Shown: positions 8,855 to 17,131 of the stretch, in pieces
Layout: every line of letters begins with the position of its first letter
How positions within the stretch are numbered: the stretch's first letter is position 1
From: Candidatus Poseidoniaceae archaeon
GTDB taxonomy: Archaea > Thermoplasmatota > Poseidoniia > Poseidoniales > Poseidoniaceae
NCBI GenBank assembly: GCA_943789275.1
Contig: CALSTM010000001.1
Span: 570,001 to 602,000 of the forward strand
Direction: 5' to 3'
Length of the DNA stretch: 32,000 nucleotides
Position numbers and translations under genes: made by a program
Notes under the pieces: generated by a model
Database searches by the model: none
What the model was told of the DNA's origin: nothing
The model's input: only the letters and a program-made list of their open reading frames with translations

Positions 8855-10924
8855 TCAATCATTCTGAGCGTTCATGTAATCTGGGTTTTCACGTGCCAAA
8901 CGATCTTCTTCGGCAGCAACCCGCATACCTTCCTCCAAATCGATGCGACTTGTGAGGAATGTCCCCATGAGAATGACAATAGTGATGGTTAAAATCGCCA
9001 CACGACTGTCGAATTGAGTACTCGCTAGAGCATAGAGGAACGTTCCAATCATTGCTGCAGACTTTCCGAGGAAACCAAAGAATCCGAAGAATTCTGAAGT
9101 TCGTGTCTCTGGAATGAGCATCGAGAACATGGAACGTGCTTGAGCACCTGCTGCACCCATTGCCACACCAACGAACATTCCAAGGCTAATCCACTGTGCA
9201 GTGACGCCCATTCCCAGCGGCTTCCAAACGTTGGAGCGCATCCAAGTCGCATAGCCGTCAGCCAGGCCACCTTGGTCGACGTTGGTTGGGTGTGTATCTC
9301 CAATCTCGTCTTCTCCACTTTCGGGTCCACCAACAAAGAGAATAGCCCATCGGTGGTCGTCCACACTATCAAATGCAGCAACCATCGCAGTTGCGTTTTC
9401 AGCGTTAATCATTGGAACGGAATCCTCTGTAACGGTTTGGTCTTCCGCCAACATCGAGACCCCTATGAGACCGGAGCCGACAAGGAGGAAGGCGAGCAAT
9501 GCTCCTTTCCAGCCCATTTCGAGGTTCTGGATGTAGAGGATTCCCGCACCAAATGTTCCAAGGATGGCAAGAATAGCAAGACACATGAGAATACCGGTTC
9601 CAATCGAACTGGTTGCGGATTCAGTAGAATAATCAGGTTCCGGGAAGTATTGTTGGTATGCATCACGGAAATCATTGTCACCGGCGCCTTCTTCGCTGAT
9701 CCAACCTTCATATCCCTTGTCGTAGAGCGTTGTAAGTTCGTACATTTGAGCAGTTTCGTTCCAGGTGAAGGTGAAATCGTAACGTTCTGCATCTTCTGCT
9801 ACACCCTTGTCGTCAACGGTTGAATCGAGTTCCAGAGGAGCGAATCCAGCAGCGACAACTGCTACACAGCAGTAAATGACCAGTGACAACATCAAAGCGA
9901 ACTTCGTTCCCTTTGCGTTTGCGAGTTTACCAAACAGCAAGGTCATTGGAATAGCAACGATGTTCACTGTTAAGAGCAAATAGATGTTCAATTGCAAACT
10001 CAATCGGAGAACTGAATCACCGTAAGCACTTGCCATGCTGGCAATGGTGTTGACACCGTCATAGAACAACAAATATGCGAGTAAGTACATTGCTAGAATC
10101 TTAAACCGCTTGATTTCCTTGAAGGTTGTAAAGACTTGTCCATACGCCACCTTAGCAGCAGATACTACGCCTTCCCATTCCATATTGGAAGGAATTTCGG
10201 GTTCAGGAGTCCATTTGAACATCAGGTAACCAAAGCCCCACCACCACAAAGCGGAGGTCACGAAGATAGCTGACAAGCGGAAGTTGTTGTCCCAACCAAA
10301 TGGACCGAGAAGGAGAACCAGGTGGAAGATGAGAAGCATTGAGCCGCCCATGAAACCGTATGCGTATCCTTTACTGGAGACGTGGTCCATGCATCTCTTT
10401 TCGGCAAGATACGGCATGAAGGAGTAATAGATGACGTTTCCACCGGTGAAACCTACAGTACCGATGACGTACATGACGGCCATGATTTTGTAACCTTCAG
10501 AACCAAAGTAAGGTGCTGCACCCATAAGCGCAGTAAAGACAACACCGGCAAGTGTGTACCATTTGAGAAGTTTCTTTTTAATCGGCATCCGGTCTGCTAT
10601 GACTCCAAGAGCAGGTGCAGTTAAAACAACGAAAAGCATTGAAATTGTCAAGACTTGTGCGTAAAAGGCGTCACCAGTTTGTTTACCGGTTGCGTAGTTG
10701 TACAATCCAGACATGACTTGAGGAGCAATGACGGTCATGACGGTCAAAGCATATGCCTGATTGGCCCAGTCAAAGAAATACCAACTTTTCAGAGACTTTT
10801 TGTCTGCATCACTCATGCTATTCATTGCTTCGGTGACTGAAAAGGGTTCAGTCTCAGTTGCGGTTCCGACATCGGACATAGTCGCCGATGAACACTTTAG
10901 GCTTATGAATACATTACCGGACAA
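8855..10924 (-). CDS. MFS transporter (UMF1/Atg22-like) with large internal insertion
   Basis: SWYFFDWANQAYALTVMTVI is characteristic of the UMF1/Atg22-like MFS group, and there are 12+ hydrophobic helices. Track start 10924 is TTG; ATG at 10879 (MSDVGTATE) is more likely. Confidence 0.75.
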   Translation of the reverse strand: MSGNVFISLKCSSATMSDVGTATETEPFSVTEAMNSMSDADKKSLKSWYFFDWANQAYALTVMTVIAPQVMSGLYNYATGKQTGDAFYAQVLTISMLFVVLTAPALGVIADRMPIKKKLLKWYTLAGVVFTALMGAAPYFGSEGYKIMAVMYVIGTVGFTGGNVIYYSFMPYLAEKRCMDHVSSKGYAYGFMGGSMLLIFHLVLLLGPFGWDNNFRLSAIFVTSALWWWGFGYLMFKWTPEPEIPSNMEWEGVVSAAKVAYGQVFTTFKEIKRFKILAMYLLAYLLFYDGVNTIASMASAYGDSVLRLSLQLNIYLLLTVNIVAIPMTLLFGKLANAKGTKFALMLSLVIYCCVAVVAAGFAPLELDSTVDDKGVAEDAERYDFTFTWNETAQMYELTTLYDKGYEGWISEEGAGDNDFRDAYQQYFPEPDYSTESATSSIGTGILMCLAILAILGTFGAGILYIQNLEMGWKGALLAFLLVGSGLIGVSMLAEDQTVTEDSVPMINAENATAMVAAFDSVDDHRWAILFVGGPESGEDEIGDTHPTNVDQGGLADGYATWMRSNVWKPLGMGVTAQWISLGMFVGVAMGAAGAQARSMFSMLIPETRTSEFFGFFGFLGKSAAMIGTFLYALASTQFDSRVAILTITIVILMGTFLTSRIDLEEGMRVAAEEDRLARENPDYMNAQND

Positions 10925-10970
10925 ACGGGAAATTATGAAGATTCACCATTCAATGGTGAAGCATCAAGAC

Positions 10971-11351
10971 TCAGCGTTCGATTTTATAACGCCCAAGTGC
11001 TTCCATCCAAAGGATTTCTTGGCCTGAATCAACTTGGATTTCAGGGTCAACTGGGAGAATCATCATCGAGTGGTCCTTCATGTTCATGGCATGGACTTCT
11101 TCGCCATCGATGTGGGTGACCATGGCCTTGCCCTTTTCGATCATTGGCACGTGAATACTGTCAGTAACCGTTCCAACGTGTGATATTTTCTTGGATGAAA
11201 ACAGTGAGACAAGTTCGAGACGAGCCTTTGCGGAGCCGTGCTTACCTGGCTTTGATTTTGAAATACTCAAAATCTTGTAGGCTTCTTCATCAACGACACA
11301 AAAGCGTCCAACTTTCAAAGTTCGAATTTCAACACGGTCTGTACCTGGCAT
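10971..11351 (-). CDS. eif5a: Translation initiation factor 5A (aIF-5A)
   Basis: 126 aa, ATG start. VGRFCVVDEEAYKILSISKSKPGKHGSAKARLELVSLF contains the hypusine-site KPGKHG motif. Size and OB-fold C-terminus fit archaeal IF-5A rather than EF-P. Confidence 0.9.
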   Translation of the reverse strand: MPGTDRVEIRTLKVGRFCVVDEEAYKILSISKSKPGKHGSAKARLELVSLFSSKKISHVGTVTDSIHVPMIEKGKAMVTHIDGEEVHAMNMKDHSMMILPVDPEIQVDSGQEILWMEALGRYKIER

Positions 11352-11416
11352 AGAATCCCTCTTTTTGCGCTGTCAAGGTGCTGGCTTATCACCCTTCTCT
11401 CGTTTTTGGTTTGAAA

Positions 11417-12163
11417 TTAAAGTTCTCGAACATCAAAGCGTTGCCCGGATTGTTCCATCGTTTGTTCAAGAATGAGAGGGAGAAGAAGTTGAGCGACATC
11501 ATCGCTTTCTGCAAGATGCCCATCTGTGTGAAGAGAAACAAAATCGGCATGGCTTGGGAACAACTCTGGTGATACGGAACGAATTTCAAGCTGCATTCCA
11601 GTATCGACGATTCCAGGTGCTACAGCGATGGCACTGATGTTCTTGTCCTTTGATTCTGCGGCCAAGCATCGCGTCCACATGTCTAATCCAGCCTTGGAAA
11701 CGCAATAGGCAGACCACGATTCAACGGGCCGCAAGGATGCACCACTGGAAACAGTCGTCACACGTGACTGCGATTCGCCACCCATTTTGTGGATGAGACG
11801 CTGAGTAAGGTCTTGCACACCGATGAGGTTGACACGCAATGAGAGCGACCAAGCGTCAATACCAGCCCCTTGCATTGGATGTACGGGGTGAATCGTTCCC
11901 GCATTGTGAACGATACCGGCAATCCACTCGGTGCCCGCTGTGATGTGTTCGCAAGCAGACTGAATCGCTGCTGAATCCGACAAATCACAAGCCATGGCGC
12001 GTGATTCCGGTTGTATTTGAGCGAGCAGTTCACCGATTTCCTCGAGTTCCGGTGATTGACGTGCCAATGCGATGACTGGAAAACCGGCATCTGCAATCTG
12101 TAGTGCAACAGAGCGACCGATTCCTTTGGATGCGCCAGTTACGATGTACGGAGTGTGTGCCAT
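11417..12163 (-). CDS. Short-chain dehydrogenase/reductase (SDR) family oxidoreductase
   Basis: YIVTGASKGIGRSVA is the TGxxxGxG cofactor motif, and SAYCVSKAGLDMW is the YxxxK catalytic motif. 248 aa, ATG start. Confidence 0.8.
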   Translation of the reverse strand: MAHTPYIVTGASKGIGRSVALQIADAGFPVIALARQSPELEEIGELLAQIQPESRAMACDLSDSAAIQSACEHITAGTEWIAGIVHNAGTIHPVHPMQGAGIDAWSLSLRVNLIGVQDLTQRLIHKMGGESQSRVTTVSSGASLRPVESWSAYCVSKAGLDMWTRCLAAESKDKNISAIAVAPGIVDTGMQLEIRSVSPELFPSHADFVSLHTDGHLAESDDVAQLLLPLILEQTMEQSGQRFDVREL

Positions 12164-12215
12164 ACAATGCGCAACAGGTCGAGGTTTTTGGTGTTGACTC
12201 GGTACAAAGACCGAT

Positions 12216-13286
12216 TCACGTCCAAGGCCGTTGAAGCGGCGTTAGGTCGTAAATAGCGTCATCAATTTCTTGACGAATCAACTTGACCTCCTCGCCTCCC
12301 AATTCACTCTCCAGCGTACGAATGAGTTTTCGGCAACGCGATGAATTTTTACCCGACATCGTAAAAATAGCAAGTAAAAATCGATTCGCTCTGCGATGTT
12401 GGGTTTTCGTTGTAACTGCATCAGAACTTTCATTCGAGCCAAGCAGTTCCAGAACCCGAATCTGGTTGGGGTGGATAAAACGCGCCGTTGTGATTTGCTC
12501 TACCATTCCCTCATGCAGCGCCTTCTTAAGCCCGTCATCCATTGATTCCAGCCCCTCTGGAAAAGCATGAGCGAGGAGTTTAGGCGTCAGCTCATGACCA
12601 ACCAAACGCGAACGCATATCCCTCATCATAGCGTTCATTCCGAACATATTGAGTACGACAAAAGCAGGGAGAGAAAGCAACTCGACATAGGCACGCAATG
12701 CAACACGACCGAGCATTCGGACCCACATGCGTCTTAGAATCATCTTGAATACGGTGGCACTGGCTACAATTCTGAACTTTTTCAGTGCCTTACGAACAAG
12801 CATCCCAACTTTGCCAATTTTGGCTAACGGGTCAATTCCAAACATCGTGCCGTGGAAGCCGGGTGCACCCAATGCAGCATGAATCAGCCAATGCGAAATT
12901 GAATTTTCCAAATCGACCTGCTCAAGTTCTTCTTGTGGGATGTCGAGTATTTTGGCCATTCGAGCCGCTGTGCTCAGAGAATCACGGTACAAAAAAAGTA
13001 ATTCGAGTGCAGTCATAATACTGCTTGTAAGTGTCATGACAAGAACAAAACCAAAGCCTGTTAAGCCTTCAACTGCTTCCCAATCACGAAGAAAAAGAGC
13101 GACACCAACGACGCACAACCCAGAAAGGAGTCCTGAAAGGCCGGCCCTCATGACCGCCATTCGCCCTAACCAGTCAAGCCGATGGTCAGCATCTCTACGG
13201 TTCTTGATGGGTACTTCGGGAGAATTGACAACAGCGCCAAGGAAACGATGAATCGCCCAATACTGAATTTTGTCTTTGAGTCCCAA
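12216..13286 (-). CDS. Hypothetical membrane-associated protein
   Basis: 356-aa ORF beginning 11 nt after the upstream hbd stop. TTG start, so it may begin later. Hydrophobic segments include GLSGLLSGLCVVGVALFL and FGFVLVMTLTSSIMTALELLFLY. I recognise no domain. Confidence 0.55.
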   Translation of the reverse strand: MGLKDKIQYWAIHRFLGAVVNSPEVPIKNRRDADHRLDWLGRMAVMRAGLSGLLSGLCVVGVALFLRDWEAVEGLTGFGFVLVMTLTSSIMTALELLFLYRDSLSTAARMAKILDIPQEELEQVDLENSISHWLIHAALGAPGFHGTMFGIDPLAKIGKVGMLVRKALKKFRIVASATVFKMILRRMWVRMLGRVALRAYVELLSLPAFVVLNMFGMNAMMRDMRSRLVGHELTPKLLAHAFPEGLESMDDGLKKALHEGMVEQITTARFIHPNQIRVLELLGSNESSDAVTTKTQHRRANRFLLAIFTMSGKNSSRCRKLIRTLESELGGEEVKLIRQEIDDAIYDLTPLQRPWT

Positions 13287-13297
13287 AAAAGTTCACC

Positions 13298-14146
13298 CTA
13301 GTAGGTATAGAAGCCTTGACCGGACTTACGTCCGAGTTTACCTTCCTCGACCATTTGGATGAGAAGAGGTGCAGGCGCATACTTGTCGTCGCCCATCCCT
13401 TCATGAAGGACATTCATGATGTGAAGGACAGTATCCAAGCCGATCAGGTCAGACAGAGCCAAAGGACCAATCGGGTGATTCATTCCCAATTTCATGATTC
13501 CATCAATGGCCTCAGGTTGAGCAACACCTTCTTGCAGGGTAAGAATCGCTTCGTTCAACATCGGGCACAAAATGCGGTTTGATACAAAGCCTGGTGAATC
13601 GTTACAAGAAAGAGCCGTTTTACCCATTGTAGCCGATGCTTCAATAACTGCGGCGTTGGTTTCTGAACTGGTCTTGTTGCCGTTGATGATTTCTACAAGT
13701 TTCATGATTGGAACAGGGTTCATGAAGTGCATTCCGATGACCTTGTCAGGTCGATTGGTTGAATCAGCAATCGTCGAAATGGAGATGGAAGAAGTGTTGG
13801 AGGCAAGGATTGTTTCAGGCTTACAAAGACCATCCAATTCTTGGAAAATACTCACCTTCAAGTCCAAAATTTCAGGTACTGCTTCAATCACTAAATCACA
13901 ATCTGCACAATCTGCACGGTCAACTGAAAGGGAAATGCGCCTGCGAGCCGCATCTGCATCTTCTTGCGTCATGCGTTCTTTGGAGACCAACTTGGCGAGG
14001 GATTTCTCGATAGCAGCAATACCACGGTCGACAAACTCTTGTTTGATGTCAATCATGGTAACGTTGTAACCTGCACAAGCAGCAACTTGCGTGATACCAT
14101 TTCCCATTTGTCCGGCTCCTAGAACAGCTATTTTTGCGATACTCAT
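13298..14146 (-). CDS. hbd: 3-hydroxybutyryl-CoA / 3-hydroxyacyl-CoA dehydrogenase
   Basis: [32 protein letters not shown] is a Rossmann fold. [28 protein letters not shown] and [16 protein letters not shown] match the HBD family. I prefer ATG at 14146; the track uses GTG at 14155. Confidence 0.85.
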   Translation of the reverse strand: MSIAKIAVLGAGQMGNGITQVAACAGYNVTMIDIKQEFVDRGIAAIEKSLAKLVSKERMTQEDADAARRRISLSVDRADCADCDLVIEAVPEILDLKVSIFQELDGLCKPETILASNTSSISISTIADSTNRPDKVIGMHFMNPVPIMKLVEIINGNKTSSETNAAVIEASATMGKTALSCNDSPGFVSNRILCPMLNEAILTLQEGVAQPEAIDGIMKLGMNHPIGPLALSDLIGLDTVLHIMNVLHEGMGDDKYAPAPLLIQMVEEGKLGRKSGQGFYTY

Positions 14147-14222
14147 GTCACTCACTGCTCCAAGCCAAGTGCGCTCAATTGATGAACATGTCCGAACATT
14201 TGATTGGTTGGGCCGGATGAAG

Positions 14223-14230
14223 TTTTATAT
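14223..14230 (+). promoter_or_regulatory. TATA-like box (TTTTATAT) upstream of the 14253 ATG
   Basis: AT-rich octamer 23-30 nt upstream of the ATG, in an archaeal leaderless-transcript geometry. Sequence inspection only. Confidence 0.35.
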
Positions 14231-14252
14231 TCAGATGTGATGTAATTTGAAT

Positions 14253-14849
14253 ATGGTCGAGATTCTCTGCCCGCATTGTGAAGAAGAAATAGAACTTGAT
14301 GATGATGCAAAGGGCGAATTTGCATGTCCTCATTGCGAGGGAGAATTTGAATGGGGAATGGATGAACTGGATTCGTTCATGGCTGAGGTCGATCATGGCA
14401 TAATGGTCAACCATCCGGCCCAGCAAAGTATTCAAATTCAGGCAAATGGAGAGTCAAACACGATTGCTATTGTCGCCATTGTTTTTGCCGGGCTGGCTCT
14501 CATGGGAGCACTTGGTGGTGCTTGGGTTCCTCTGTTTGGACTGTGTAATATTATCTTGGTTCTTCCAGCAGTTATTTTGGCCTATATGAGTCGCTCTCAA
14601 ATTCAACATTTGGAGGGACATAAAGACGCAGGATTGGTAAAGGCCGGATGGATCGTTTCTCTTGTCTCGCTCGCTCTCACTCTTTTACCGCAATTATTCT
14701 GGCTCGTGATGTTCCTCCTTGCGTTTGGTGACGCTGTGGATGGTGTTGGCGCTGACGGATGGTTTGATTGTGGCAATGGAGAATCTATACCAGGGGAATG
14801 GGTTAACGACGGCGAATGGGACTGTTCGAACGGTGCCGATGAAAATTGA
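14253..14849 (+). CDS. Zinc-ribbon / DUF4190-like membrane protein with C-terminal LDL-receptor-class-A-like motif
   Basis: The ATG at 14253 gives MVEILCPHCEEEIELDDDAKGEFACPHCEGEFEW, a zinc ribbon (the track starts at TTG 14247). Hydrophobic helices follow, with a DUF4190-like segment (AYMSRSQIQHLEGHKDAGLVKAGWIVSLVSLAL). The C-terminus is FDCGNGESIPGEWVNDGEWDCSNGADEN. A TATA-like box lies 23-30 nt upstream. Confidence 0.7.
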   Translation: MVEILCPHCEEEIELDDDAKGEFACPHCEGEFEWGMDELDSFMAEVDHGIMVNHPAQQSIQIQANGESNTIAIVAIVFAGLALMGALGGAWVPLFGLCNIILVLPAVILAYMSRSQIQHLEGHKDAGLVKAGWIVSLVSLALTLLPQLFWLVMFLLAFGDAVDGVGADGWFDCGNGESIPGEWVNDGEWDCSNGADEN

Positions 14850-14866
14850 CACCTTCACATTAGAGG

Positions 14867-14939
14867 TAGCCCGACTCGGATTTGAACCGAGGTCAACGGG
14901 ACCAAAACCCGTTATGATGGACCCCTACACTATCGGGCT
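14867..14939 (-). tRNA. tRNA-Gln (anticodon UUG)
   Basis: The reverse complement reads AGCCCGA-TA-GTGT-AGGGGTCCA-TCAT-A-ACGGG-TTTTGGT-CCCGT-TGAC-CTCGG-TTCAAAT-CCGAG-TCGGGCT-A. It has a 7-bp acceptor stem, 5-bp anticodon stem, 5-bp T stem, a TTCAAAT T-loop and anticodon TTG. Length is 73 nt, with no intron and no encoded CCA (followed by CCT). The D stem is weak (G.U, U-A, G-C, U.U). Confidence 0.85.
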
Positions 14940-14948
14940 ATGGTACTA

Positions 14949-14975
14949 GGGCGGACGGCCCACCCTTTTGTTTTT
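14949..14975 (+). terminator. GC hairpin plus T4GT5 run on plus strand
   Basis: GGGC-ggacg-GCCC-accc-TTTTGTTTTT. It looks like a terminator for plus-strand transcription, but it lies beyond the antisense tRNA-Gln, so its function is uncertain. Confidence 0.25.
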
Positions 14976-14992
14976 GTCGGAGACTCGTTGTC

Positions 14993-14998
14993 AAAAAA
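14993..14998 (-). terminator. Oligo-T tract (T6 on minus strand) immediately after the HD-hydrolase stop codon
   Basis: The minus strand reads TGA-TTTTTT-G directly after the stop at 14999..15001. Archaeal termination commonly uses oligo-T runs. No experimental support. Confidence 0.35.
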
Positions 14999-15472
14999 TC
15001 ACGAAAGGAATTGCAATAATTTCGGGTCTGACATACGCTTACGGGCACTTTCGATGAACTCTTCGAGTGGCAAGTGAAATTGTTCCTGGTAAAGTTCTGC
15101 TTGCAGTGCCATATCGAGTTTATCCAACTGCTTGACAAATCGAGATTCTGGTGTTTCACCCAACTCATACTCTTCAAACAAAGCAACCCATTGGGGTGCA
15201 AGATCACTCATCGCCTTATGCTCATCAGCAGCTTTTGTCGAAGTGTCATCATGCGGCGTTAGGTCACCAACTCGAACTTCAGGAATGTCATGAACGATGC
15301 ATAAGGAAAGCACTCGGGCAAGGTCAAGATGGGGCGGCGTTAATTTGAGGGCAAGCATCGACATACCCCAGGAATGTGCTGCGACCGATTCGGGAGAATC
15401 TATGCCTGCGCGAACCCATCCTGCACGCATGACATTTTTCAAGCCCAGAATTTCCTTCAACTCGTCTCGCAT
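14999..15472 (-). CDS. HD-domain phosphohydrolase (YfbR-like 5'-deoxynucleotidase family)
   Basis: ESVAAHSWGMSMLALKL ... LCIVHDIPEVRVGDLTPHD carries the H...HD...D metal-binding pattern of HD_3/YfbR-type hydrolases. I prefer ATG at 15472; the track uses TTG at 15490. Confidence 0.75.
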   Translation of the reverse strand: MRDELKEILGLKNVMRAGWVRAGIDSPESVAAHSWGMSMLALKLTPPHLDLARVLSLCIVHDIPEVRVGDLTPHDDTSTKAADEHKAMSDLAPQWVALFEEYELGETPESRFVKQLDKLDMALQAELYQEQFHLPLEEFIESARKRMSDPKLLQFLS

Positions 15473-15522
15473 GGTTGTGCCAAGAGACAAGACCTCAAAA
15501 CCCCAACGCCCCTCTTCAGACT

Positions 15523-16134
15523 ATGGAAACGGGAAGGCCAACATGGTGGAGCGATGCGGTCAAAGCACTGTCAGAGGATGACTTACTCGGCGCAGTGGTC
15601 CGTTCTTATCCTGATGAAAGCCTCGAAGGCCGTGGTGATTTGTTCTCCACATTAGTTCGTTCCATTGTCGGTCAACAAATTTCAGTGCTCGCAGCGGATG
15701 CAGTCTGGGGAAGGCTGGTTGCAATGGTCAGTGAAATCACTCCCGAATCGATTCGAACGTTTTCTGCTGAAGAATTAGCGACATGCGGGCTCTCGAGGCC
15801 CAAAGCGAGTTACATCCATGGCCTAGCACTTGAGGCAACTTCTCTGCTTTTGGAGAACTGGGATGAACATACAGATGCTGAACTCATCAAGCATTTCTCA
15901 TCCTTCCGTGGCATTGGCCCGTGGACATCAGAGATGATGCTGATCTTCACTTTCATGCGACCGGACGTGTTTAGCATCGGTGACATCGGTCTGATTCGTG
16001 CAGTGCAGAAACTGGTTCCTGATGCAGAAACAAAGGAAGACGTGCTCGAAATCTCAAAGCGTTGGAAGCCCTACAGGACTGCTGCAAGTTGGTTTCTTTG
16101 GAGAATGCTTGACCCAGTTCCAGTCGAATACTAA
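15523..16134 (+). CDS. HhH-GPD DNA glycosylase (AlkA/3-methyladenine DNA glycosylase II-like)
   Basis: LVRSIVGQQISVLAADAVWGRL ... FSSFRGIGPWTSEMMLIFTFMRPDVFSIGDIGLIRAV contains the helix-hairpin-helix/Gly-Pro loop and the catalytic Asp context of AlkA-type glycosylases. I chose ATG at 15523 because track TTG 15475 would overlap the divergent HD gene. Confidence 0.8.
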   Translation: METGRPTWWSDAVKALSEDDLLGAVVRSYPDESLEGRGDLFSTLVRSIVGQQISVLAADAVWGRLVAMVSEITPESIRTFSAEELATCGLSRPKASYIHGLALEATSLLLENWDEHTDAELIKHFSSFRGIGPWTSEMMLIFTFMRPDVFSIGDIGLIRAVQKLVPDAETKEDVLEISKRWKPYRTAASWFLWRMLDPVPVEY

Positions 16135-16174
16135 CCTGCACAACATTTGACTATGCAAACCACGTAGGACTCGC

Positions 16175-17131
16175 ATGAGCGAAGACGGCAGCGAGATTTC
16201 AAAGTTGAAAGAGCGATTGTCTATGACTGGCTCAAAATTGGCTGACATCTCAAAAAAAGCTGCTGAAGCCACAAAAACTGCTGCGGTAAAAACAGCTGAA
16301 CTTAGCAAAGATGCAGCACAATCAGCGTCACTTGCAGGTAAAAAGGCAGTGAACAGAACCAATGACGCTGTTAAAAAAGTGGTATCTGACTCAAAAAGTC
16401 GAATCGAAGACAAACGTGAAAAAAAATCTCAGAATGCACGCGATGAATTATCAAGCGAACCGCTGTTCGATGACATTCCTCCAATGGTTACCCTACCTGA
16501 GTTTGAAGTCCAAAGAATGGGTGTTGTGAATGAACAGCAGAAAAATCAACTTCTGTTGCTTGAAGAGATGCAGAGAATATCCTCTCGCCTTGATACCTTA
16601 GAAAGAAGAAACAGAACTTTAGCAAAAAATACTGATGAAGATTCCAGTCAAAACGCAGTTGTACTGAAAGTCGAAGATCCTAAGCCTAAACAAAACGTCA
16701 TTGGAACGAGTGCAGCAATGGGTGAAATGCTTCACATCCTTGGAGCGTCACTGGTTTGGTTGGTTGCACTCGTGGGGCTTGACCAATACACAACAGAAAA
16801 AGAACTCATGCTCTCACCCGCATATCCTGCAGACCTTGTGCTCTGGTCAGTTGGTTCGTTCACATGGGTAATGTATCTCTTGTTTCGACTTGGAAAGTCC
16901 GGAATACGAATGCCGCTTCTCATCCGAGTACAGGCTTCGTTGGCGGTCGGAATTACGACCCTTATGGGGCTCATGATGAACGATGATTCGATGACAACAG
17001 TCTCCAGTGTCTGGACATGGGGCACTATTTTGGCTATTGCGCTCTTACTCGGAAGCAGTATGTTGGCAACCGCTTGGAGAACAACAAAGAGTTTGGTTGG
17101 TATTCGAGAAACGATTGAAATCATTGAGTGA
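16175..17131 (+). CDS. Hypothetical membrane protein with N-terminal Lys/Ala-rich amphipathic and coiled-coil region
   Basis: ATG start. The N-terminal ~170 aa are low-complexity and helical (KKAAEATKTAAVKTAELSKDAAQSASLAGKKAVNRTNDAVKKVV; LLLLEEMQRISSRLDTLERRNRTL). The C-terminal ~140 aa hold about 4 hydrophobic helices. No domain recognised. Confidence 0.6.
   Translation: MSEDGSEISKLKERLSMTGSKLADISKKAAEATKTAAVKTAELSKDAAQSASLAGKKAVNRTNDAVKKVVSDSKSRIEDKREKKSQNARDELSSEPLFDDIPPMVTLPEFEVQRMGVVNEQQKNQLLLLEEMQRISSRLDTLERRNRTLAKNTDEDSSQNAVVLKVEDPKPKQNVIGTSAAMGEMLHILGASLVWLVALVGLDQYTTEKELMLSPAYPADLVLWSVGSFTWVMYLLFRLGKSGIRMPLLIRVQASLAVGITTLMGLMMNDDSMTTVSSVWTWGTILAIALLLGSSMLATAWRTTKSLVGIRETIEIIE

Noticed and set aside
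9140-9823. 227-aa plus-strand ORF, plus similar long antisense or alternate-frame ORFs (6359..6859, 13572..14069, 21226..21747, 28817..29254, 29443..29967)
   Set aside because: All lie inside and opposite to genes with strong family signatures (MFS, OPT, hbd, selO, surface protein). Their translations are low-complexity or Cys/Arg/Ser-rich noise with no motifs.
14867-14939. tRNA-Gln as a possible integration site flanking a genomic island
   Set aside because: No integrase or recombinase is nearby, I found no direct repeat of the tRNA 3' end elsewhere in the window by eye, and the neighbouring genes are ordinary (HD hydrolase, DNA glycosylase).
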